A stretch of DNA of 64,000 bases, from contig CALSCO010000306.1 in NCBI GenBank assembly GCA_943704415.1, positions 1-64,000 on the forward strand. The letters run 5' to 3'. A program made the position numbers and the translations under genes. The stretch's first letter is position 1. Every line of letters begins with the position of its first letter. Under the pieces are notes generated by a model that worked only from the letters and a program-made list of their open reading frames with translations, was not told where the DNA came from and made no database searches. Shown here in pieces: positions 46,344 through 57,526 of the stretch. The DNA comes from Parvularia atlantis. Taxonomy: Eukaryota.

Positions 46344-47279
46344 TCACATGACCGAGCACTTGAGCCCCTTCATCATGCCCTTGCGCTGACGGGCGGCGCG
46401 CGGCCGAGGTTAGCGCGGCCTCGGGCGCACGCGGGCACAGAGCGCAACAGGGCGCACCTTCTCCGGCCCCTTGGGCAGCGACTCCTTGTTGTATCGCCGG
46501 ATCTCGCGCACGAGCTCGTAGAAGGCCTCGTCCACGTTGATCTTCTGCTTGGCCGAGGTCTCGATGAACTTGCACTGGAACGACTTTGCGAGGTCCTTGC
46601 CCTCTGCGCGCGTGCGCCGGGGGGCGTGAGCCTGTTGCGTCGCGGGCGTGGCTCCGCGCGCGCGCGCACGCACCCTGCGTCGACACCTGGCGGTCGCCCT
46701 CGAGGTCGCACTTGTTCGCGACGATGATGATCGGGAAGTAGTCCTTGTCCTTGACGCGGAGGATCTGCAACAACGCGCACGCGCGTCTCGATCAGCACCG
46801 TTGCGCCGGGGGCAAAACGTGCGCGCGCCAGACCTGCTGGTGGAAGGTCGAGATCTCGTCGAACGAGTGGCGCGACGTGATCGAGTAGACGCACAGGAAG
46901 CCCTCGCCCGTGCGCATGTACTGCTCGCGCATGGCACTGGTACGCGCCATGCCCGCGTGAGCGTCGCTTGCACCGCGCCGAGCACGTGCCACCCGCGCGC
47001 GCACACGCACCTGTACTCCTCCTGGCCGGCCGTGTCCAACACGTCGAGCAGCGCGACCTCCTCGTCGATCACGCACTGCTTGCGGTACGAGTCCTCGATC
47101 GTCGGGTCGTACTCGTCCACAAAGTGGCTCTGGATGAACTGGATCGTCAGCGCCGACTTGCCGACACCTGCGGCCGCGCGCGTTGAGCCGTGCCGTGCGC
47201 CGACGTGGGTGGGCGTGCGCGCACCGCCGCCGCCGACGACGACGAGCTTGTACTCGCGGAGGAACTGCGACTTGGACAT
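46344..47279 (-). CDS. RAS: Ras small GTPase (fungal Ras1-like N-terminus), 6 exons, CaaX = CSVM
   Basis: [67 protein letters not shown], ...KGLKCSVM*. Confidence 0.97.
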
Positions 47280-47999
47280 GGCGGGTGGGGAGGGGAGGGG
47301 GGCGCACGAGTGGGGGGAAGGATGCGGCCTGCGCGTGCGCCGCGTGCGGATTGAGCCACACAGTGCGCACGGCCTCGAGAGCGCGCAGCAGCCCACGCCG
47401 TGCCACGCCGCGCCACGCCACGCCGCCGGCAGCGCGCCGCGCGGGAAGAAAAAGAGCGTTCTCTGCTCTCTCTCTCTCTCTCTTTTCCCGCGCGCATTTT
47501 CCCCCCTCGCGGCAGAAGGCGCACACGGCGCGCACGCGAGAGGGGCGCGGGCGGCGAGGAGGCGCGACGAGGCGCGGCGGCGCGGAGGGGGACGGAGACG
47601 GCGACGGACGCGTGGCGCACGTTCAGCGGAAAAAACGACCTGCCCAGGACGCGCTTTGTACGGGCGCGCCGTAGCTCATGATTTGCCCCGCCGCGCCTAT
47701 TCTGCCCGCGGCTGACGCAATCAGGAATCAGCGCGCACGACACAGGCCCCGGTCCTGCCCGCCACGACCCCTGCGCGCCCCCCACACCCCCAGCATCGCC
47801 CGCCCGCGCGCGCGCACACGGCAGCGCCAACCCCCCTCCCGGCACGGCCGCGCGGGCTATTTCGGGCGCTGCGGCGTGGGTGCGGCGTGTGCGTCACGGT
47901 AGCCAGCGGAAGGTGCTGGAAGGGGGCCACGTGGCCGCTGCGGTCTGGATCCTTCTCTTTCGTCGCGCCGCTGCCCCGCCCTGCCCCGCGCCGCGCCGC

Positions 48000-49725
48000 A
48001 TGCCCTCGTTCGTGTGCGACGCCTGCCAGGACACGGTCAAGAAGCCCAAGCTCGACGAGCACGCGTGCGGCGCCGTCGGTCGTGCTCGCGGGTGGGCGCG
48101 CGCTCACTGGGAACGACAGGCAGCGCAAGTGCCCCGGGACGTCGTTCTCGTGCATCGACTGCGGCGTCACCTTCTCCGGCACCAGCTACCGCCAGCACAC
48201 CGCCTGCGTCACCGAGACCGACAAGTACCAGAAGACGACCATGACCAAGGTGCGCCTTGCACGGCGACGAGCGCACACGCTCACGCACCGCACGGCACGC
48301 ACGCCACAAAGGCCGCCAAGACCGACCCCAAGGCCCCCGACACGCCCAAGCCCGCCGCAGCCGCGGCCGCCAAGACGCCCACCCCGGCCGCCAACGGCAA
48401 GCAGCACGCTAACGGCAAGGCACCCGCCAGCGGCAAGACGCCCGCCAAGCCCGCCAAGCCGGCGGTGGAGGAGGACGACGACGAGGACGACGACGACGAC
48501 GAGACGCCAGCCGCGCCCGCCAAGGCCGCCCCTGCCAAGGCCGCTGCTGCTGCCAAGGTCGCCACGCCCGCTGCCACCACGCCGGCCAAGCCCGCTGCTA
48601 CTACGCCGGCCAAGCCCGCTGCTACTACGCCGGCCAAGCCTGAAGCCGCCACGCCGGCCAAGCGCCCGCACGAGGATGACGACGATGACGAGGAGGAGGA
48701 CGGCGAGGTGACGGAGAAGCCTGCTGCCGAGCCTGCTGCCAAGCCCGCTGCCAAGCCTGCTGCCAAGCCTGCTGCCAAGCCGGCCGCCGCGTCTGCCAAG
48801 CCCGCGCCTGCCAAGCCCACTGCGGCAACGCCCGCCAAGCCGACCGCTGCTGCGCCTACCAAGGACGCCAAGAAGGCGACGCAGAAGCCCGCGGCCAACG
48901 GTGCCGCCAAGCGCCCTCGCGTGGACGCGGCCGACGAGGAAAAGGGCGAGGAGGGCGACGACAAGATGGCTGTTGACAAGAAGCCCGCCGCCGCGCCTGC
49001 CAAGCCCGCCACACCCGCCAAGCCCGCCGCACCGGCCAAGGGTGCCGCGCCGGCCAAGCCCACGCCCACGCCCGCGCCCGCCGCCACGCCCGCCAAATCC
49101 GCCGAGGAGAAGAAGGTGTGCGACCGCTCCCACTTCCACCCGCTCTCCCTCCCCTCCCCCCTCTCGCAAAGTCGCCCATTACAGCTCGTATGGTCTGGGG
49201 GTCGGGCGAGTCGCCTCGTGCTGAGGTGCAAATGCCCAGCCCCCGCGCTGGCCTGGGAGCGTCGGAGGGTGACGAGATTTCCGTTCCGCTTTGCTCCACT
49301 GCCATGTCCGTGCGCTCTGTCGCTCACCCGTCCGCGCCAGAACAAGAAGGCGCGCAGGGACGAGCATGAAGACGTGCCCGCGGCCGACCTGGAGATGATC
49401 GTCACGTGTTACAAGGAGGCGCTCGAGAAGATCGAGAAGGACAAGGTGCGCCGCGCGAGCGCGCGCTCCGTGCGCACCCTGACGCGCGCCCGCAGTCGGT
49501 CACGCTCGATTTTGTCGAGGACACCGCCTGGACCGACTTCCAGAAGCGCAACAAGGCGGCCAGCACTAACAAGTCGCGCAGGAAGACGCTCAACCACCTG
49601 CGCCGCATTATCAAGGTGCGCGGCGTGCGGCAGGCCGGGCGGCGCAAGGAACTCATGCCCCCGTTGCCTGCTCGCGCAAACAGGTGCACAAGAACGCCCA
49701 GGGCCACTTCATCCTCAAGCTGTGA
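48000..49725 (+). CDS. LYAR: LYAR-type C2HC zinc-finger nucleolar protein with Ala/Lys/Pro-rich repeat linker
   Basis: MPSFVCDACQDTVKKPKLDEHA|QRKC...FSCIDCGVTF...YRQHTACVTETDKYQ, then AKPAA / ATTPAKP repeats and acidic tracts. Confidence 0.85.
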
Positions 49726-49862
49726 TCCGCGCACGGCAACAGCGCCGCGGCCGCCCCTTTCCCCCGCTGTTCTCTTCATCAATCGGGTACGAAAAAATCA
49801 CTCGCTTTGTCTTTGTGAGGCTGCCGCGGCGTAGTATTACACAAACCAATGACTTTGCTCGA

Positions 49863-50296
49863 TCATCTGCGCGGCTCGTCCTCGCCCCCGCTGTGCTCGT
49901 CGGACCCGTCGCTGTCCTCGCCGTCGTCCGACCCGCTGTCGTCGTAGAGCGCCTGCCGCGATAGGTCTGCGCGACACGTCAGGCCCGCACAGTACGCAGA
50001 GACGCCGCACCCTGGCCCGACGCGCTCGACCACCCGTCGTCCACCGGCGCGGCGCCGCCCGTCTGGAACGGCTGCATCTTGCGCGCGTAGAACGACTCAA
50101 GCTGGCGCTGGCTGCCGCGCGAGCCCACTGGCGCGGGCACTGGCGACGCCGAGGGGATCGACAGCTGCGGCATGCTCGCGACGGGAACGGCCGGTCTTGT
50201 CCCGACGGGCGCGGGCGACGTGCGCGCCGACGACGAGCCCGAGGAAGACGTCGCGGTGGCCGGCGCGGCTGGCTCGCTGCCCGTCGCCTGTTGCTC

Positions 50297-50348
<52 letters not shown>

Positions 50349-51530
50349 AGAGCTGCCGCGGCCGCCTTCTTCTTCTGCCCGCCGCGCCGCCCCCGCGACC
50401 GGTTGCGCGAACGCAGGCCCGCCTGCCGGCTCGACAGCTTGACTGCGCCGCGCTCGTGTCAGTCGCTAGCCACACAGCAAGCACGGCCAGCGTCACGCAC
50501 GCGGCGTCGGGCCCTCGGACAGCGCAAAGCTCGCGACAGTGACCGCGGTGGACGACGCCGACGGCCGCTGCGGCTGCTGCTGTTGCTGCTGTGGCCCTGA
50601 AGCGTCCCCGACCGATCTGGGCAGCGTGACACTGATGATCAGTTTCACCAGACCACACGAGCACACGAGCGCGCACGCACGCACCCTGGCCGTGGCGGGC
50701 GCGCTATGGGCTGCGGCGACGGCAGCGGCAGCGGCGCAGGGCCGTAGAGCGTCACGGGCGCATGCGGCGGCAGTTGGTACGCGGCGGCCGCTGGAACGGA
50801 CCCGCCCGCGCCCGGCAGCGATGGCGGCGGCGGTCGCGCGGCGTAGCCCAACGGGTTCGAGTACAGCCCCCGGTCGTGCATTTGATCGTAGCCTACGCGC
50901 CGCGGCGCCGTGTGAGCGCAGCGGGGGCGGGGGACGGGAGCGGCGCAACGAAGCGCACCCGCGTCAAAGTCGTCGCCAGACTGCCCCAGCGTCACAACGG
51001 CCAGCGCGCCACTCAGCTCGGCGTCCACCCGGCGGTTCAGCGGGCTCGACGTCCGGCTGCCACTGCTCCCGCCCGACAGCGACGGGTCTGAGCCCGAGCG
51101 CTGACCCTGTGCGAGCAAGCCGCCGCGCCACCCGCTCAACTGCCGCGGCCGGAGTGAGTGAGCGAGCACGCGCGTCACACATGAGCATCGTGCGCACCTC
51201 CTGCATGCTCGGGTCACGCCGCACTTGCGGCTGGTACAGCGGCTGCTGCGGCTGCTGCTGTTGCTGTTGCTGTGGTGGCGGTGGCTGCGGCTGTTGCAGT
51301 GTCGGCGGCTGCGACGGCACGCCGAGCGGCTCCAGCGGCAACCCCGCGCGCTGCAGGTACTGCAGGTTGTACAAGTCGTCGGCCGAGAAGCTGCGTCAGT
51401 GGCCGGTTAGATCACACGCGATCACGCGATCGCGCCTGGCGACGGCACGCACGCCGAACGGCGGATGGGAAAGCTCTGCTGGCGAAGGTGAACGGCGATC
51501 GGCACCGGCACGCTGCCCCATGTGTGCTGC

Positions 51531-51577
<47 letters not shown>

Positions 51578-51985
51578 CTGTAGTTGAGACAGCGGTGCGT
51601 AGGTTCCGTAGCCGTGCGGCTGAGCCGAGTCTCCGCTGTGGCCAAAACGCGACGCGCCGTACGCCGCGCCCCGGTGGCCGTGTGACTCAGGCTGCTCGTC
51701 TGGCTGATCGCTTGACTGCCGACGTAGCAGCGCGCGAGACGGCTGCGCGTAGTAGAACATCGGCATCGGCATCGGCTCGTTGTACGCCGCCGCGCCAGTC
51801 CACGACATCGGCTGCGGCTGCAGCGGAGGCTGCGAAGATAGGGCACCAGGTCCACGTCCAGGTCCAGGCCACGCCATACCGCTCGCTCCACCGTAGCCTC
51901 TGCCGTTGCCGCCGGCGCCCCACATGCCGCGCGCCGGCTCCGACGTGCGCCGCTGGTGTGTCGCTTGCGGCGGGCGCTCGACCAC
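49863..51985 (-). CDS. Low-complexity Gln/Pro/Ser-rich protein, multi-exon; 5' end uncertain (may continue from the 52028-53425 gene)
   Basis: Poly-Q tracts encoded by CAG/CAA runs at ~50300-50345, ~51243-51272 and ~51526-51580; typical introns; acidic end. No recognisable domain. Confidence 0.5.
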
Positions 51986-52027
51986 AGGCGCGACCGGTTC
52001 GTCTGCGGGACCAGAGGCAATCAGCTA

Positions 52028-53425
52028 TCAAATCGACAGCCGACGGCGACGGTGATGGCTGTCGATGAGGTGAGGCGGACACTGCCGAAAGCGACGCGCA
52101 CGGCCTAGGCCGCTCCCAAGCTCCGTGCTTCCCCCGTGCCACCCCAAGCCCGCAACAGACAGTACGAGCAGCAGCACAAGCAGCGGTAGCACGAGGCAAT
52201 AAGAAAAGACTCGGGTTTGGGGGCCATTGCAGGCACCGCAGGAGCAGAGTGTCGAGCCACGTGCACGGAGGCGCAACCACCTCACGTCACGCCACGCACC
52301 GTTGCTAGCGCGATAGACAGTCCCACTCTGCGCCAAGGGCGACGAGCCCGACGAGCGTCGCGAGGCAGGCTGTTCCAGCGATGTCACACTTTGCAGGGCC
52401 TGCTCGTAGCCGAGGCCGCGCTGCCAGGGCGCGCCGCCGTCCATCGACGAGCGCGACGTGGTCGGCGCCGAGAAAAACACGGGCACGGTGATGCTCGCGT
52501 CCGAGCCGTGCGCGCGCGGCTGCAGGTCTAGGTCGCTCTCAGACGCGCTCGAGTGCTGGTACAAGAGCCGCTCCTGCCACGCCGCCAGCGCGCGTTGCCG
52601 CAGCCGGCCCGCGTCCGTCAGCTGGTGCGGCTCCAGGCCTGCGCCAACGCTGCCGCTCAGCTTGCGCTCGGCCTCGACGCTCATGGCCTTGTCGGACGCC
52701 GTGCTGTCAAACGGGTCACCTTCCTCGCGGATGGACCGCATGACCGGCGTCAGGGGCCGCACGCGCCCCGCTCCGGGCGAGAAGACAGGTGGCGGCGTGG
52801 TCAAAGTGTCCGCGGGCTCGGCGACAGCGTCGCGGCCGTGCTGCTGCGACAGGGTCGACGGTGCTGTTATCGCTGGGCTGGACGGTCGGCGGCCGGGCAG
52901 CGACGTCGACGAGCCGCGACGCACGTCGCCCAGCCGAGCGAAGGGCGATCCGCCCGTGCGCACGCTGCCACCGGCCTCGCCCGAGCCGCTCCAGGAGCGG
53001 TAGATCTGCAGACGCTCGGCGGCGATCGCGGCAAGATCGCTCGGATCTGTCACAGCGCCGCTGCCGCGCTGGCTGCTCCCGCCGCTGCTGGTGCTGCCGC
53101 CATCGCCGCCACTGCCGCTGCTGGTGCTCGTTTCGCCGCTGCCGAGGCGCCCGCTGCCGTCCCGGTCGCCCGCGCTGCCGCTGCCGTGCCTGCTGGCGGC
53201 CTCGTCGGCGCTGAGGCTGAAGTAGTCGGCCGGGGTGCTGGCCGAGCCGGTGGCGGAGCCGGCGCGCGACGACGACAACGCGGTGCTGGCGGGCGTGCTG
53301 CTGCTGCTGCTGCTGCTGCTCACGGCCTTGGGCGCGGCCGATGGTGCCGCTAGTGCCGATGCTGTTGCTGTTGATGATGAAGCCGGCGGCCGTTCGCGCT
53401 CGTCGCCGGCGCCGCCCGGAGCCAT
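52028..53425 (-). CDS. Ser/Gly-rich disordered protein with one hydrophobic segment (VFSYCLVLPLLVLLLVLSVAGLGW); 3' end uncertain
   Basis: Long coding-like frame from MAPGGAGDERERPP; no family recognised. Confidence 0.5.
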   Translation of the reverse strand: MAPGGAGDERERPPASSSTATASALAAPSAAPKAVSSSSSSSSTPASTALSSSRAGSATGSASTPADYFSLSADEAASRHGSGSAGDRDGSGRLGSGETSTSSGSGGDGGSTSSGGSSQRGSGAVTDPSDLAAIAAERLQIYRSWSGSGEAGGSVRTGGSPFARLGDVRRGSSTSLPGRRPSSPAITAPSTLSQQHGRDAVAEPADTLTTPPPVFSPGAGRVRPLTPVMRSIREEGDPFDSTASDKAMSVEAERKLSGSVGAGLEPHQLTDAGRLRQRALAAWQERLLYQHSSASESDLDLQPRAHGSDASITVPVFFSAPTTSRSSMDGGAPWQRGLGYEQALQSVTSLEQPASRRSSGSSPLAQSGTVYRASNGAWRDVRWLRLRARGSTLCSCGACNGPQTRVFSYCLVLPLLVLLLVLSVAGLGWHGGSTELGSGLGRARRFRQCPPHLIDSHHRRRRLSI

Positions 53426-53734
53426 CGCAGCAGGAGGGCGGCCGCGGTGCGCCAAATCGCCATGCACCGCGCCGCGCACGGCGTTGGGGCTCGCCTCAGC
53501 CGACGAACGACGACGGGAGGACGAGAGGACGAGAGCGGGACCCGGGGTGCTGACGACGGCGCGGACCGGGGCGCGGGGCCGAGGGCGGTGCGGCGCGAAC
53601 GGCGAACGGGGCGGGGGCGGCCGGCCGATAAAACGCGGGCGGCGAGGGGCGGCGGCGGCGGCGGCGGGAGGGGGGGCAGCGCGGAGAAAGGCCGATGTGC
53701 CGCTTGCCGCTTCCGTGTGTCCCGCCCTGAACGT

Positions 53735-53737
<3 letters not shown>

Positions 53738-53779
<42 letters not shown>
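53738..53779. repeat. (CT)n microsatellite
   Basis: Directly visible, upstream of the 53425 start. Confidence 0.9.
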
Positions 53780-53785
<6 letters not shown>

Positions 53786-54597
53786 TTTCCCGCCTCTCGG
53801 CCGCCTCTGCGCACGGCGCCGCCGTCAGCCCCGCCCTGTGTGGCACAGACGCGGGCGCAGCCCCGGAAATAGCGCGCGCACAACAAAGCGACAACACGCA
53901 GCCGCCCCGCTTCCGAGAATGGCCCGGTCGCCAGGCGCCCCCCGCTCCGATCCCCGCCGCGCCGCGCCTCGCCTCCCTCCTCGCCACACCGCGCCGCCTT
54001 CTGCTCAACGGCCACGTACTTGGCCAGCGCGCGCGCGCCCCGCCCGCCCGCCCGCCCCGCCACGCGCAAACAAAGCGAACGAGCGTCGAAAAGACGGCAA
54101 GCGAGAAAGGCGGAAACAAATGACGCTCTCAAAAAAAGACTTTTTTTTCCCCGTCTGAAATCCGGCTAAACGCGCGCCGTGACGCCCCGCGCCGCCGTGA
54201 CGTCGTGTGCCGTCGTCACTCGCCCCCCACACACACAGACGCGCCCCGCGCCGTGTGCGCCGCGGCGGCAGCCCCGTGGCGGAGGTCGGCGTGCGACGAG
54301 TGCGACGCGGACAAAAGCAGTGGAAAATAACGCGGCGGCCCCGTGTTCGAGAACGTCCTTCCGGTCGCGCCGCGCAACCGCTCTCACCCGCGGCCGCCGC
54401 TTGTTGCCCACGCTGCGCCCACGCCACGCCGTCGGCCACGAAACGCAAAACAGCGCGGCCAGCAACCCGCACGCGGCACATGCCAGCGACCCGCGCGCGG
54501 CGCCTGCCATGCCGGACCACGGGCCTCCGTGCGGGGGCGACGCGTCGTTGCTATGCGCACCTTGCTTTCGACTCACACACTTCCGTCTCGCTCTGGC

Positions 54598-56766
54598 TCA
54601 ACGCGACCCGAACGCCAGCGGCGAGCCGCGCAGCGACGACGACGACGGCGACGCGGCCGCGCCCAGCTTGATGCTGCCGCTGCGCAGCAGCCGGTCGCGC
54701 TCGCGCACGCGCCACGTGCCCACCGGCGGCGTGTTTTCAGCGCCGCGCTGCTTCTCTGCCGGCGCGCACGCGGCCCCGTCAGCGCGCAGCCGTGCAGCAA
54801 GACACGCGGCCGCACCCATGATCGAGGCCATCATTCGGTTCACGGCCGCCGAGCACGCCTGCATCTGCACGTGCGTGTCCGTGAAGAAGTAGTGGAACTG
54901 CGCGCCCTGGTTGAACGTGACCTGCACGCCACCGTGACCGCCGTCAGCACACGAGAGCGGTGTGAGCGTGCGGACCTTGAAGCTGTGGTGCACGCCGCAC
55001 TCCTCGATCGTCATCAGCGTCGTGCTAACGTAGCCGTCAAAGTCGATCTCCTCCAGCGGCTCCATCGACTGGCGCGCAGAGGTAAGCACCGGCACGCCCA
55101 GCGTATGTACGCGCACAGCACGAACGCACCACAAAGTCGTACGTGTACATCTTGCCGTTGCGCACCTTGGCGAACCGCCGCTTCCAGTGCTGCATGGTTG
55201 CGCTGTGCTGCACCTCGCCCTCCCAGAACACCTTGTGCTGGTTCTCGTACTCGCGCTCCTTCTGCAGCCGCAGGCAGTCCTCGTACGACTGCGGCGTCCA
55301 CACGGCCTGCACGCGTGCGCTTTCAGCACACGCGCGCGCTCGCGCGAGGCGCAGACACACCATCCGGTCCGTGTGGTAGTAGTACTGCACCGCGGCCATC
55401 CCGCGCACGGGCTCGGGCGTGGACGCGCACAGCACAAACTGGTTGTCGATCGGGGTGTTTTGCGCCAGCTCGGTCTGCGTGTGCCGCTCAGCACACACAC
55501 ACACACACACACACACCGCACAAAGCGAGGGCGCACCAGCCGCGGGATCGTAAACGAGGCGATCTCCGTGTCGGCGTCGGCGCTGGGCGCGGAGCTCGAT
55601 GATGACGACGACGCGCTGCCACCGCCAAACTGCCGCCTCAGCATGCCCTTGAAGCCCGTCGGCTGCACATGCTTGGCGAAGAGCGTGATGCGCACGAGCG
55701 ACGACTCATCGGTCGCGTTGCTCACGCTGTGCGCGCCGCGTGAGCCGCCGCCGTACAAACCCACCAGACGCACATCTTGAACGTGTCGTTGAGCGCGACG
55801 CGTCCCGCCTTGACGAAGCTCGTCGAGTACTGCCGCTGGTCGCCTAGGCCGATCGAGACCGAAAAGTACAGCTTGGCGCTGGACGGCACGTTGCGGCACT
55901 GGAAGTCGCTGATCTCGATGACTGCGGCAAGGTCAGACGTACAACGACCGTCGTGGCGCGCACGCCACGCACGGCGGATAAAGAGCATGTTGCGGTGCTC
56001 GCGCTTCTGCGCGCTGTGTGCGGTGCGGCCACATCAGCAGCGAGCAAAAGCGCTCACCAGGAACGCACGTCACGCTCGCGGCCTGCAGGCACTTGGCCAC
56101 GAGCAGGTCGACCGAGTTGCGGTACTTGTTGGACTGCAGCTTGACTTCGTACTCGCTGATCTGTGCACGCGGGCGCGGCGCGCCTGAGCGTCACAGCAGC
56201 AGCAAGGACGGCCGCGCGCGCACCGCCGTCTCAGGCGTGATGACGATGGGCGCCGCGTTGAACACGGACTTGCGTTTGAAGTAGTCGACCTCGTGCGCGG
56301 GCGCGGCGGCCTTGGACGGCGAGTCGGCGAGGGTCTCGGGGTGCAGCGTGATGGCCTGCGCGTGCGCCATGATCCTGTGCGCGCACGAACACATCGACCA
56401 GCAGCACTGGTAGCCGATGCGCGCGGCACGTACTCCTGGAAGCCGAACGACTCGCGGCCAAAGACGGGCGAGCTGCGCATCATCTCGACCAGGTCGAGCG
56501 CAAGCGACGACGAGCCGAGAGCACCCGTGGCCGCGCCCGTGGCGGGGCCAGCCGTCTCGGGCTTGGCGGGCGAGACGGCGGGCGAGTCGTCGACGGCGCC
56601 CTTGAGCGGCATCTGCTCGACGTCGTCGTCGTCCAGCACGGCGCCGCCGGCGAGCACGCGCTTCATGTCCTCCTCGTGCGCGAGGTCGATCGGCGACAGG
56701 CCCTTGTGGTTCTTGGCCTGCGCGCGGCACACGGCACGACACAATCAGCACGCACGCAGCGTGCAC

Positions 56767-56799
<33 letters not shown>

Positions 56800-57346
56800 C
56801 GGCGAACGTGCGGGTCCGCGCCGAGCCGCACGAGCTCGCGCGCGACGGCCGTCATGCCCAGCAGCGCGGCCAGGTGCAGCGCCGTGTTGTCGTCGCCCCA
56901 GCGCGCGTTGATGTAGTACGGCGAGTCGTCCTCCTCGATCAGGAAGAAGATCTGCGGCCGGGTTGGCGGTGGTCAGCGTCGATGGCCAAACGACGAGAAG
57001 GACGACGCACAACGGCGCTCGGCCGCAGGTGCGTGATCGCCAGGTGCAGCGCGTTCATCCGGCGCGTGTTGGCACCCAGCAGGATCTCGGCCTGGTGGGC
57101 GACGAGCTCGGCGTAGGGTGTCTGCGTCTGCGTCGCGCGTCGCGTCAGCAGCCTTCACTGCCGTAGCGCGCGCAGCGGGCGACGCACGTCCTTCACGAGG
57201 TTGAGCAGCATCGAGTCAGCCACCAGCAGCGCCTCGAGCGCCTCGGGCGCGCCCGTGCGCACGGCCTCGAACCACGCCGCGGCCGCGGGCGACGCCGCCG
57301 ACGAGACAGACGACGACGACGACGACGACGACGACAACGACGCCAT
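54598..57346 (-). CDS. Ankyrin-repeat + C2-like + PH-domain protein (anillin/Bud4-like C-terminus)
   Basis: MNALHLA, INARWGDDNTALHLAALLG...GADPH|AKN (ankyrin); VIEISDF...LYFSVSIG...RVALNDTF (C2-like); PQSYEDC...WEGEVQH...HWKRRFAKV...FK|VTFNQG...FFTDT (PH). Confidence 0.7.
56769..56799. repeat. G31 homopolymer inside an intron of the ankyrin gene
   Basis: Directly visible; flanking exons join as GADPH|AKNHKG. Confidence 0.95.
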
Positions 57347-57373
57347 TCAAAGCTTTTGAATTCGTAACGGTCG

Positions 57374-57414
57374 TGACGTCAGCGCGCGCGGATTGGGCGG
57401 TCGCGCGGACCAAT
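57374..57414. promoter_or_regulatory. Putative promoter module: CRE + ATTGG + CCAAT upstream of the ankyrin/PH gene
   Basis: TGACGTCA 57374-57381, ATTGG 57392-57396, CCAAT 57410-57414. Confidence 0.55.
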
Positions 57415-57526
57415 CAGCGTGCGTCGGCATTCGATCTGCTTTGCGGCTTCCGCAACGGCGAGTTGCGCCTGATGGAGGGGCGGTGTGCGTGTGCGTGGGT
57501 GCGTGTGTGCAGTGCGAGCGGTCGCA

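Noticed and set aside
47925..47936. GGCCACGTGGCC palindromic E-box upstream of the LYAR-like gene
   Set aside because: CACGTG is very common throughout this window, so one instance carries little information.
49184..49245. tRNA gene or TPP riboswitch in the LYAR intron
   Set aside because: A-box-like and B-box-like fragments exist, but there is no cloverleaf or TTC T-loop, and the TPP core (CTGAGA...ACCTGA) is absent.
54166..54576. 136-aa minus-strand ORF downstream of the ankyrin/PH gene
   Set aside because: No ATG start, no domain and no coding-like codon bias; more likely UTR or promoter sequence.
56769..56799. G31 run as a third gene-breaking junction
   Set aside because: Exons on both sides join into a continuous ankyrin repeat (GADPH|AKNHKGLSPIDLA), so the gene is intact here.
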